A stretch of DNA of 54,535 nt from Sphingobium sp. (GTDB lineage: Bacteria; Pseudomonadota; Alphaproteobacteria; Sphingomonadales; Sphingomonadaceae): the NCBI GenBank assembly GCA_040508335.1, contig JBEVMZ010000011.1, forward strand, positions 1 to 54,535. The letters are read 5' to 3'. The position numbers and the translations under genes are program-made. Within the stretch, counting starts at the first letter, position 1; every line of letters starts with the position of its first letter. Below are positions 47,286 to 54,535 of this stretch, in pieces. Under the pieces are notes generated by a model, which saw nothing but the letters and a program-made list of their open reading frames with translations, did no database searches and had not been told where the DNA came from.

Positions 47286-48566
47286 ATGGCGATGCAGGCT
47301 AAACTCGACGTGCCAAAACCCACAGTCGAGCCGGTCGTGCTCGACATGGACGTACCGGCCCATGTGCCCCGGCATCTGGTCCGCGACCTTCGGGTTGCGA
47401 TGGGCAATGTGCCCAACACGCTGAACGAACCTTATGACAACACGCGGCGCCTGCTGGAGGACGATGTTCCTCCAGTGATGTACACGCCGTTCCCGCAGGC
47501 ACAATTCCAGCAGGGCGCTTGGGTGCTGACGCGCTATGCCGACGTGCTCAAGGTCTATACCGATGCGGAACTGTTCTCGACTAAGGGGATCGCGTCGTTT
47601 CAGATCCTGATCGGTGAGACTTGGCCATCGCTCCCGCTCGGCGTCGACCCGCCTTTGCATGGTCTCTACCGGCGCTTCCTCAATCCGCACTTCACCGCCA
47701 AGGCAGTCGCCGAAATGGCGCGCGATATCCGCCAGATGTGCGTCGATATGATCGCGGAGTTCGAACAGAATAAGGGCGGCGACTTCGCCTGGGATTTCGC
47801 CCGCGTCTTTCCCGTGCGCGTGTTCTTCAATCTCATGGGCTTTCCCATGACGGTGTTGGAGCAGTTTCTGGAATGGGAATATCAGATCCTGCATTCGCGT
47901 GATCTCGATGCCATGGCCAGCGCGGTGCGGGGCACCATCGGCTATCTGCGCGATTTCATCGCCGAAAAGGAAGCCAATCCCGACGACACGCTGACCAGCA
48001 AGATCGTCAACGGCACGATCGACGGTCGCCCGCTGACCGAGGACGAACGTATCGGCATCATCTTTTTCCTGTGGCTGGGTGGACTGGATACGGTGGCGTC
48101 GACTTTGTCGCAGATGTTCCGCCGACTGGCGCTCGACCATGATCTCCAGCAGAGGCTGCGCGAAAATCCGGCGCTGATCCCAGGCGCCGTCGAGGAATTT
48201 TTGCGGATGCAGCCGCTCGTCAACTCGACCCGTTTCCTCAAGAAGGATCTGGAGTTGCACGGCGTCCAGATGAAGGCGGGCGATCTGGTCTGCTGTTTGA
48301 CCGCCGTGGCCAGCTTCGATCCTCTCGCCTTTCCGGACCCGCGCACGTTCGATCCCGAACGTAAGGCGAACCGGCATGTCACCTTCGCAAGCGGCCCGCA
48401 TCTGTGTCTGGGCGCGCATCTCGCCCGACAGGAACTGAATATCGCGCTGGAAGAATGGCTCTCGCGCATACCGATGTTCTCGATCGCGGAGGGCACGGAC
48501 ATGACGGTGGTGCCAGGTCTGCTCTCTGTTCGCAACCTACCGCTGGTCTGGTCGTCGGCGGACTGA
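47286..48566 (+). CDS. Cytochrome P450
   Basis: DPPLH, I-helix GGLDT, EEFLR (ExxR), heme motif FASGPHLCLG. Confidence 0.96.
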   Translation: MAMQAKLDVPKPTVEPVVLDMDVPAHVPRHLVRDLRVAMGNVPNTLNEPYDNTRRLLEDDVPPVMYTPFPQAQFQQGAWVLTRYADVLKVYTDAELFSTKGIASFQILIGETWPSLPLGVDPPLHGLYRRFLNPHFTAKAVAEMARDIRQMCVDMIAEFEQNKGGDFAWDFARVFPVRVFFNLMGFPMTVLEQFLEWEYQILHSRDLDAMASAVRGTIGYLRDFIAEKEANPDDTLTSKIVNGTIDGRPLTEDERIGIIFFLWLGGLDTVASTLSQMFRRLALDHDLQQRLRENPALIPGAVEEFLRMQPLVNSTRFLKKDLELHGVQMKAGDLVCCLTAVASFDPLAFPDPRTFDPERKANRHVTFASGPHLCLGAHLARQELNIALEEWLSRIPMFSIAEGTDMTVVPGLLSVRNLPLVWSSAD

Positions 48567-48602
48567 TTCGTCTCTTGGGCCGCTGGTCCGGTTTCACTGT
48601 GT

Positions 48603-48635
48603 AACGGCCTTCGCAATCAATTTGCGGAGGCCGTT
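48603..48635 (+). terminator. Hairpin after the P450
   Basis: AACGGCCTTCGCA-N7-TGCGGAGGCCGTT. Confidence 0.55.
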
Positions 48636-48921
48636 TCGCATTCACCGCCATCCGGGTGCAGACGGCACCGTGATGTAATTGCAACTATGTTTCCCTAATC
48701 CGCATCGGACGGCTGCTCCCGGCACATTACTGCGTGGGCGATATTGATTTAATCTATACATAACAAGGACATAAGGTCCTGCGAGCACCTGCGGCTTAGT
48801 GTTTCCCGCAATTGATTTCTGCCGCCCTGATGATAGAGGAAGGACCTGGCCGGACAGTGTTTTTGGCTTTGGTGCACCGATCGGGATAGCGGCGGGCGCA
48901 TAAATTTAAGGGGAGGGTATC

Positions 48922-51240
48922 TTGAAAATTTGCAAATCCGTCATTTCGGTTTTGGCATTGACTGGCGCCATGGCTGTGCCTGTCTTCGCGCAGAACAGCC
49001 AGCCCGCGCAGCCCGCCACCACCACCGGCGGCCTTGAAGACATCGTCGTCACGGCGCGTCGCGTCGCCGAGAATCTTCAGAACGTGCCTGTCGCCGTCAC
49101 TGCCTTCACCGGCGAGCAGCTTGAGCGCCAGAACGCCCGCTCCGTCATCGACATCGCGCGGCAGACGCCCGGGCTCACCATCCGCGAGAGCACGAACAGC
49201 GAAAACGCCGCCACTTTCTCGATCCGCGGCCAGGTCCAGACCGACATTTTGGCGACCACCGACCCGTCCGTCGGCGTTTATGTCGACGATTTCTACTGGG
49301 CGCGCGCCTATGGCGTGAACGCCGACCTGCTTGACATCCAGAGCGCGCAGACACTCAAGGGACCGCAAGGCACGCTGTTCGGCCGCAACACGACCGGCGG
49401 CGCGATCCTGCTCCGGACGAACGATCCCGATACCTCGGCCTTCTCGGGCAATATCTCGGCCACCTACGGCCGCTTCGACCATCGCATCGGTAGCGTCGTG
49501 CTCAACGTGCCCTTGGTGCAGGACCGTGTTGCCGTCCGCGGCGCATTTCGCATCGAAAAGCGTGACGGTTATGTCACCAACATCGTGAACGGGGAAAAGC
49601 TGGCGGAGCGCGACAACTGGACCGGCCGGCTGAAGCTGCTTGCCAAGCCCACAGAAACGCTTTCGGTGCTGCTGTCGGCTGAAATTTACGACACGGACGT
49701 CAACCAGCGCGGCTATCAGCTGACGCAAATTTCCCCCAATCTGGCTGCGGCCGAAATCGGTTTCGAAAGCGGCGCGACCAGCTTCCCGACCGCGATCGGC
49801 ACGGGCGTGACCATCGGCAACGACCTCATCGACTATCTGCGCGATAATCCGAACCGGGTCGCGCTGAACGATCCCACAGCGTCCGGGGCGAAGACCCACA
49901 CCTATACCGGCACGGTGACGCTCGACACTTTCTTCGGTGCGGTCAAGTTCGTCGGTGGCTATCGCCGCGTCAACGGCTTCAATTCGCTTGACCTCGACGG
50001 CACGCCCTTTCCCGTGCTGACGTCGGCCGGCACGCAGCGTCTCAGCCAGTATTCGGGCGAGGCGCAGATCACAGGCTCGACGGCTGACAGCGCGGTCGAT
50101 TTTGCGGCGGGCGTATTCTACTTCCACGAAAGTGGGACGGATATGACGCGGTCGCTTGCGCTGCCCGTGATTTCGGGCAGCACCAACCCCAACATCCAGT
50201 CCGGCTTCATCGTCAATGACAGCCAGGGCGCTTACGCTCAGGCGAGCTGGCACATCACCGATGCCCTTACCTTTACCGGCGGTCTGCGCTATTCGGTCGA
50301 GGATAAGGCGCTGACGATCCGCAACCGGACGGAGACGCCGGGCGGGGCGGTGGTGCGATGCACGGTGGGCGGCGCATTGATCGCCAACCTGTGCGCCGTG
50401 CGTCGCAAGGATGACTTCGACGGCTGGTCCTACACTGCCGGACTCGACTATCGGATAAATCCAGACGTACTGATCTACGCCAAGACGGCACGCGGCTTCC
50501 GTTCGGGCGGTCAGAACCTTCGCGCGACGGCGACGACGAACTTCATTCCATTCGGCCCTGAAACTGCAACCTCTTACGAGGGTGGTTTCAAGTCTGAGCT
50601 GTTCGATCGGCGCGCACGTTTCAACGTGGCAGCCTACTATACCGAGGTGAAGGGCATCCAGCGCTCGATCCTGACGCCGACCAATCCTCCTGCGACCCTT
50701 ATCCAGAATGCCGGCAAGGCGAGAATCTATGGTCTTGAGGCAGAACTGACCGTCATTCCGTTCGAAGGCCTTGAACTGGCGGCGAGCGGCGCGATCACTA
50801 AGCCGAAATATCTGAACTATTTCGAGGGTACGAAGGATCGTCGCACCGATCGGTTCGAAACCATTCCGGAACAGACCGCAACCTTCGCAGCCACTTATAC
50901 GACCGACATCGGCGCAGGCACGCTGATGCTGCGCGGCGACTATATCTATACGGCCAAATATTTCTCCGGCCCGTATAATGAACCCAGCGACCCGTTTAAC
51001 CAGGCGGTGATCGACGGCACGACCGTGCCGGCGTCGCAGATAGTCAACGGCCGTGCATCGCTGACGCTGATGGACGATGCGCTCGAAATCGCGGTATGGG
51101 GACGCAACCTCACCAACAACCGCGATATCGACGCCGGCCTCCTGCTGCCGCCGGGTGCCACCGGTCTGGGCTATTCGGTTGGCGTCCGTCGCGAACCGCG
51201 CACGTTCGGCATCACCGGCACCTATCGCTTCGGCCAGTAA
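48922..51240 (+). CDS. TonB-dependent receptor
   Basis: TTG start after GGGAGG; signal peptide ending VFA-Q; TonB box EDIVVTARR; plug motif LKGPQGTLFGRNTTGGA; C-terminal PRTFGITGTYRF. Confidence 0.96.
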   Translation: MKICKSVISVLALTGAMAVPVFAQNSQPAQPATTTGGLEDIVVTARRVAENLQNVPVAVTAFTGEQLERQNARSVIDIARQTPGLTIRESTNSENAATFSIRGQVQTDILATTDPSVGVYVDDFYWARAYGVNADLLDIQSAQTLKGPQGTLFGRNTTGGAILLRTNDPDTSAFSGNISATYGRFDHRIGSVVLNVPLVQDRVAVRGAFRIEKRDGYVTNIVNGEKLAERDNWTGRLKLLAKPTETLSVLLSAEIYDTDVNQRGYQLTQISPNLAAAEIGFESGATSFPTAIGTGVTIGNDLIDYLRDNPNRVALNDPTASGAKTHTYTGTVTLDTFFGAVKFVGGYRRVNGFNSLDLDGTPFPVLTSAGTQRLSQYSGEAQITGSTADSAVDFAAGVFYFHESGTDMTRSLALPVISGSTNPNIQSGFIVNDSQGAYAQASWHITDALTFTGGLRYSVEDKALTIRNRTETPGGAVVRCTVGGALIANLCAVRRKDDFDGWSYTAGLDYRINPDVLIYAKTARGFRSGGQNLRATATTNFIPFGPETATSYEGGFKSELFDRRARFNVAAYYTEVKGIQRSILTPTNPPATLIQNAGKARIYGLEAELTVIPFEGLELAASGAITKPKYLNYFEGTKDRRTDRFETIPEQTATFAATYTTDIGAGTLMLRGDYIYTAKYFSGPYNEPSDPFNQAVIDGTTVPASQIVNGRASLTLMDDALEIAVWGRNLTNNRDIDAGLLLPPGATGLGYSVGVRREPRTFGITGTYRFGQ

Positions 51241-51274
51241 GGCCCGGCAGCGACCCGACGGGCAAAAGCTCGCG

Positions 51275-51311
51275 GACCCGGCGGAGGCAGATCGCTTCCG
51301 CCGGGTCTTTT
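51275..51311 (+). terminator. Rho-independent terminator after the TonB-dependent receptor
   Basis: GACCCGGCGGAGGC-loop-GCTTCCGCCGGGTC followed by TTTT. Confidence 0.75.
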
Positions 51312-51381
51312 GCATCCGTCGCGCGCCGCCTCCACCGGCAGTGGGCGGACTGCTCGAACGCCGTGCAAGATTAAGAGAGCC

Positions 51382-51704
51382 ATTCACGCCCAAGCCTTTT
51401 CTGCGCGGCTGGACCCGGCGAACTATCCGCTCACGGCGGCGGCGGCGATGCGTTTCGGCGACCTGAATCGGGTCGGCCATGGTAACAGTGCATCGAAGGC
51501 ATAGCCGCCATGTTTGTGTCCATCACCCTCAGCTTCGTGGCAGCGATTTTTTACCCCGCACCGGTCATCATCTATTGCGGAGATCGGCCGGCTCAACGGC
51601 GCGTCCTTGGAATTGATCAAATGACGATGCAGGGTGAGCGGCCGCCGCCACTTGCGCGCGTCGTCGAGCGGGGGCATGGCGGGTCGTTAAGGGAGAACGC
51701 CTGA
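51382..51704 (+). pseudogene. Degraded 4HBT-type thioesterase (paralogue of 8070-8504)
   Basis: RLDPANYPL....MRFGDLNRVGH.N, a stop and frameshift, then SITLSFVAAIFYPAPVIIYCG; compare LEAARYPL...TRFADMDRQQHIN and IDYLAEAHYPDLLVLHIG. Confidence 0.7.
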
Positions 51705-52801
51705 TGACCGATCCGCTTGCCCAACCCCTCGATCTGGCGCGCGGCCCGGCGATGCCGAACCGTTTCATGTTGGCGCCGCTGACTAATCAGCAGAGCCATG
51801 CCGACGGCACGCTGAGCGATGACGAATATCATTGGCTCACCAAGCGGGCGGAGGGTGGCTTTGGCCTGACCATGACGTGCGCGGCGCATGTGTCGCGTGA
51901 AGGACAGGGTTTCCCCGGTCAACTCGGCATCTGGTCCGACGCCCATCTGCCCGGACTTTCGCGCCTCGCCGCCAGCATTAATGCGCAGGGCGGCGTGTCT
52001 TCGGTCCAGCTCCAGCATTCGGGGCGCCGCGCCCGTGCCGACGTGACGGGCCTTGCCGCCGTGTGCCCGTGGGACGATGCGGAAACCGGCGCGCGGGCGC
52101 TCTCCACCGCTGAGATCGAACAGGTGATCGAAGATTTCATCGCCGCCGCCGTACGCGCCGAGAAGGCGGGCTTTCACGGCGTCGAACTGCACGGAGCGCA
52201 TGGTTATCTGCTCGGGCAGTTTCTCGACGCGGACAATAATCACCGGACCGACAGCTATGGCGGGTCGTTCGATGATCGCTGCCGCGTCCTGCTGACCACG
52301 ATTGAGGGCGTGCGCGCGCGCACCGGGCCGGCCTTCCAGCTAGGCGTGCGCATCTCGCCCGAGCGCTTCGGCATCAGCATCGAAGAGTCGCGGGCACTTG
52401 CCGAGCGGCTGATGACGGGCGGCGATATCGATTATCTCGATCTGTCGCTGTGGGACGTCGCCAAGCTGCCGGTGGAGGAGGCGCATCGCGACAAGCCGCT
52501 GATCGCGCATTTCATGGACCTGCCGCGCGGACGGACGCGGCTCGGCGTCGCGGGCAAGATCCTCGATGCGCGCACTGCCCGCCGCTGTCTGGATGAAGGT
52601 GCGGACTATGTGCTGATCGGGCGCGGTGCTATCCTGCATCATGATTTCCCCCGCCTGGCACTGGCCGATCCGGACTTTGCCGTGACAGCCCGTCCCGTAA
52701 CCCGCGACTATTTGCGCAACGAAGGGCTGGGTGAGGCATTCATCGACTATGTCGCGGCGGGATGGAAGGATTTCGTGCGTGAGGAGTCCAGCGCGGCCTG
52801 A
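51704..52801 (+). CDS. NADH:flavin oxidoreductase (old yellow enzyme family)
   Basis: NRFMLAPLT, QLQHSG, GVELHGAHGYLLGQF, NHRTDSYGGS. Confidence 0.93.
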   Translation: MTDPLAQPLDLARGPAMPNRFMLAPLTNQQSHADGTLSDDEYHWLTKRAEGGFGLTMTCAAHVSREGQGFPGQLGIWSDAHLPGLSRLAASINAQGGVSSVQLQHSGRRARADVTGLAAVCPWDDAETGARALSTAEIEQVIEDFIAAAVRAEKAGFHGVELHGAHGYLLGQFLDADNNHRTDSYGGSFDDRCRVLLTTIEGVRARTGPAFQLGVRISPERFGISIEESRALAERLMTGGDIDYLDLSLWDVAKLPVEEAHRDKPLIAHFMDLPRGRTRLGVAGKILDARTARRCLDEGADYVLIGRGAILHHDFPRLALADPDFAVTARPVTRDYLRNEGLGEAFIDYVAAGWKDFVREESSAA

Positions 52802-52895
52802 AGCACAAGGCCGCGACCGGCTCCGGTCAAAGGCCTGCTGCGTCGGTCCTTGATTTTTCTTCAAGCCGTACCTGGGCCGCAAGCCGGCTGACGTT

Positions 52896-53687
52896 TCAGC
52901 GCAGCGTGGCGCTCGCCTGCATGATGAGGCCGCCTTCGGTCGTGGCGATTGCCATCGTCAGTTCCTGCCCTTCGCGCCGTCCGAGCAGGCGCAGCGGCGT
53001 GCCCGCAAACGCTGGGCTCACACCGCGAAAGGCGAAGCGGGCGAGCGCGTCGGGCCCCAGATGCCGGTCGGCAAGGTCCAGCAGCAGGCTCGCCATCAGC
53101 GGTCCATGCACCACCAGACCGGGATAATCCTCTTCCTCGCGCGCATAGGGCAGGTCGTAATGGATGCGGTGGCTGTTGAAGGTCAGAGCCGAATAGCGCA
53201 GCAGGAGCGGCGGCTGGGGATCGACGATACGTTCCCACGTCCACGTGCCGGCCGCGAGGGCGGGCGGGGGGGGGGGAGGCGCCGCAGTTTTCGGCAGCGC
53301 CGCGCGATACACGACGCTCTGCTTCTCCGATATGGCGGGGACGCCGTTCGCCCTTATGTCGTGGGCAATGGTGACGAACAGCAGACGACCAGTCCTGCCA
53401 TCCTTCTCGCTGGTGTCGACGGTGCGGCTGGTCCGTTCGACCCGCGCACCTACGGCGATCGGCGCATGAAACTCCATCTCGCTCGACGCCCACATGCGGC
53501 GCGGCAGGTCCGCATGATCGGCGCGGATCGGGTGCCCGTCCGGCCCCAGTTCCTGCGTCGGCGCCTCGGGCGTGTTGAGGCACCAGTGAATGCCCTGCGG
53601 CCCGGTGGCGCGCACGTCGCGGTCGAAGGTCGCGGCGTAGCGGGCGGCAAGGGCGGGCGTCAGCAAGTCGGCGCGCTGCTCTTCCAT
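52896..53687 (-). CDS. MaoC-type double hot-dog hydratase (mesaconyl-C4-CoA / itaconyl-CoA hydratase-like)
   Basis: LGPDGHP, LPRRMWA, YSALTFNSHRIHYD, PGLVVHGPL; TGATG overlap with the ACAD. Confidence 0.85.
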   Translation of the reverse strand: MEEQRADLLTPALAARYAATFDRDVRATGPQGIHWCLNTPEAPTQELGPDGHPIRADHADLPRRMWASSEMEFHAPIAVGARVERTSRTVDTSEKDGRTGRLLFVTIAHDIRANGVPAISEKQSVVYRAALPKTAAPPPPPPALAAGTWTWERIVDPQPPLLLRYSALTFNSHRIHYDLPYAREEEDYPGLVVHGPLMASLLLDLADRHLGPDALARFAFRGVSPAFAGTPLRLLGRREGQELTMAIATTEGGLIMQASATLR

Positions 53688-54535
53688 CAGTTGCGCCCGG
53701 CCAACAGCCCGCGCGCGATCACATGCGCCTGGATTTCCGCCGCCCCCTCGAACACGTTGAGGATACGCGCGTCGCACAGCAGCCGGCTAATCTCACTTTC
53801 GAGCGCATAGCCGTTGCCACCGTGAATTTGCAGCGCATTGTCCGCATTGGTCCAGGCGACACGGGCGGCCAGCAGCTTCGCCATGCCCGCCTCCACGTCG
53901 CAGCGGCGGCCCTTGTCCTTTTCGCGCGCGGCGAAATAAGCAAGTTCGCGCGCCGCGATCGTTTCCACGACTATCATCGCCAGCTTATCGGACACGCGGG
54001 GAAATTCGGCGATCGGCTTGCCGAATTGCTTGCGCTCGATCGCGTAAGCATAGCCCAATTCGAACGCGCGCCAGGCGACGCCGACGGCGCGCGCGGCGGT
54101 CTGAATCCGTGCGCCCTCGAACGTCTTCATGAGCTGGCGGAACCCCTGTCCCTCCTCTCCGCCGAGCAGGCCGTCGGCGGGTATGGCGAAATCATCGAAC
54201 ATCAGCTCATATTCGCGCATGCCGCGATAGCCGAGCACCTCGATCTCGCCGCCCGACATGCCCTGCGCCGGGAAGGGGTCGGCTTGGGTCCCGCGCGGCT
54301 TGGGCGCGAGCAGCATGGACAGGCCGGCATTGCCAGGGCCGCCCGTGCGCACCAGCAAAGTCATAAGGTCAGAGCGCGCGGCATGGGTGATCCATGTCTT
54401 CGCGCCCGTCACGCGCCAGTCGCCGTCTGCGGCGCGGGTGGCGCGGCTGGCCAGATTGGCAAGATCGGAGCCGTTGGACGGTTCGGTGAAGACGGCGGTC
54501 GGCAGGATCGTGCCCGCCGCGATGCCGGGCAGCCA
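53687..54535 (-). CDS. Acyl-CoA dehydrogenase, (2S)-methylsuccinyl-CoA dehydrogenase-like; 5' end outside the window
   Basis: [71 protein letters not shown]. Confidence 0.85.
   Translation of the reverse strand, partial: WLPGIAAGTILPTAVFTEPSNGSDLANLASRATRAADGDWRVTGAKTWITHAARSDLMTLLVRTGGPGNAGLSMLLAPKPRGTQADPFPAQGMSGGEIEVLGYRGMREYELMFDDFAIPADGLLGGEEGQGFRQLMKTFEGARIQTAARAVGVAWRAFELGYAYAIERKQFGKPIAEFPRVSDKLAMIVVETIAARELAYFAAREKDKGRRCDVEAGMAKLLAARVAWTNADNALQIHGGNGYALESEISRLLCDARILNVFEGAAEIQAHVIARGLLAGRN

Noticed and set aside
45897-48419. 840-aa minus-strand ORF that looks like a novel MFS fusion
   Set aside because: Its 5' part is mostly the antisense shadow of the P450; the MFS has its own RBS and start at 47060.
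48741-48760. TTGATTTAATCTA upstream of the TBDR as an FNR or Fur box
   Set aside because: The spacer is 3 nt instead of 4 and one half-site mismatches FNR; it does not fit the Fur consensus. It may be another operator, but that is unsupported.
48796-51480. 894-aa minus-strand ORF, and similar long antisense ORFs (680-1612, 4278-5717, 8494-9570, 31958-33382)
   Set aside because: They mirror well-supported genes, carry no motifs, and are expected in high-GC DNA.

Overview
A 54.5-kb, high-GC catabolic region, most likely from a sphingomonad-type alphaproteobacterium (inferred from codon style, the TonB-dependent receptor and the enzyme families). It carries about 45 intact genes for uptake and CoA-dependent breakdown of hydrophobic compounds: a TonB-dependent receptor, 3 MFS transporters, a P450, an aldehyde dehydrogenase, 6 SDRs, 2 aldo-keto reductases, 2 acyl-CoA ligases, 3 acyl-CoA dehydrogenases, 3 crotonases, 2 family III CoA-transferases, 4 thioesterases, 2 FabK/nitronate-monooxygenase-family flavoenzymes, an AbfD-like 4-hydroxybutyryl-CoA dehydratase and 2 intact TetR regulators. 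I saw no rRNA, tRNA, CRISPR array, transposase or integrase. Best candidate for an undescribed system: the minus-strand operon at 28603-33861. It encodes a 102-aa internally duplicated desulforedoxin-like protein ending in PLPASD, an adenylating ligase, a crotonase and a CoA-transferase that both appear circularly permuted relative to canonical paralogues in this window, and a YtcJ-type amidohydrolase. Second candidate: the amidohydrolase / DUF1214-like / sulfotransferase / MBL hydrolase / TIGR03084-like operon at 37907-43295. Third observation: many of the larger intergenic gaps hold gene relics (about 13, including P450, TBDR, ligase, epoxide hydrolase, ACAD, TetR and thioesterase pieces), consistent with a mosaic built by repeated capture and deletion. 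All family calls come from motif recognition by eye; no searches were run.
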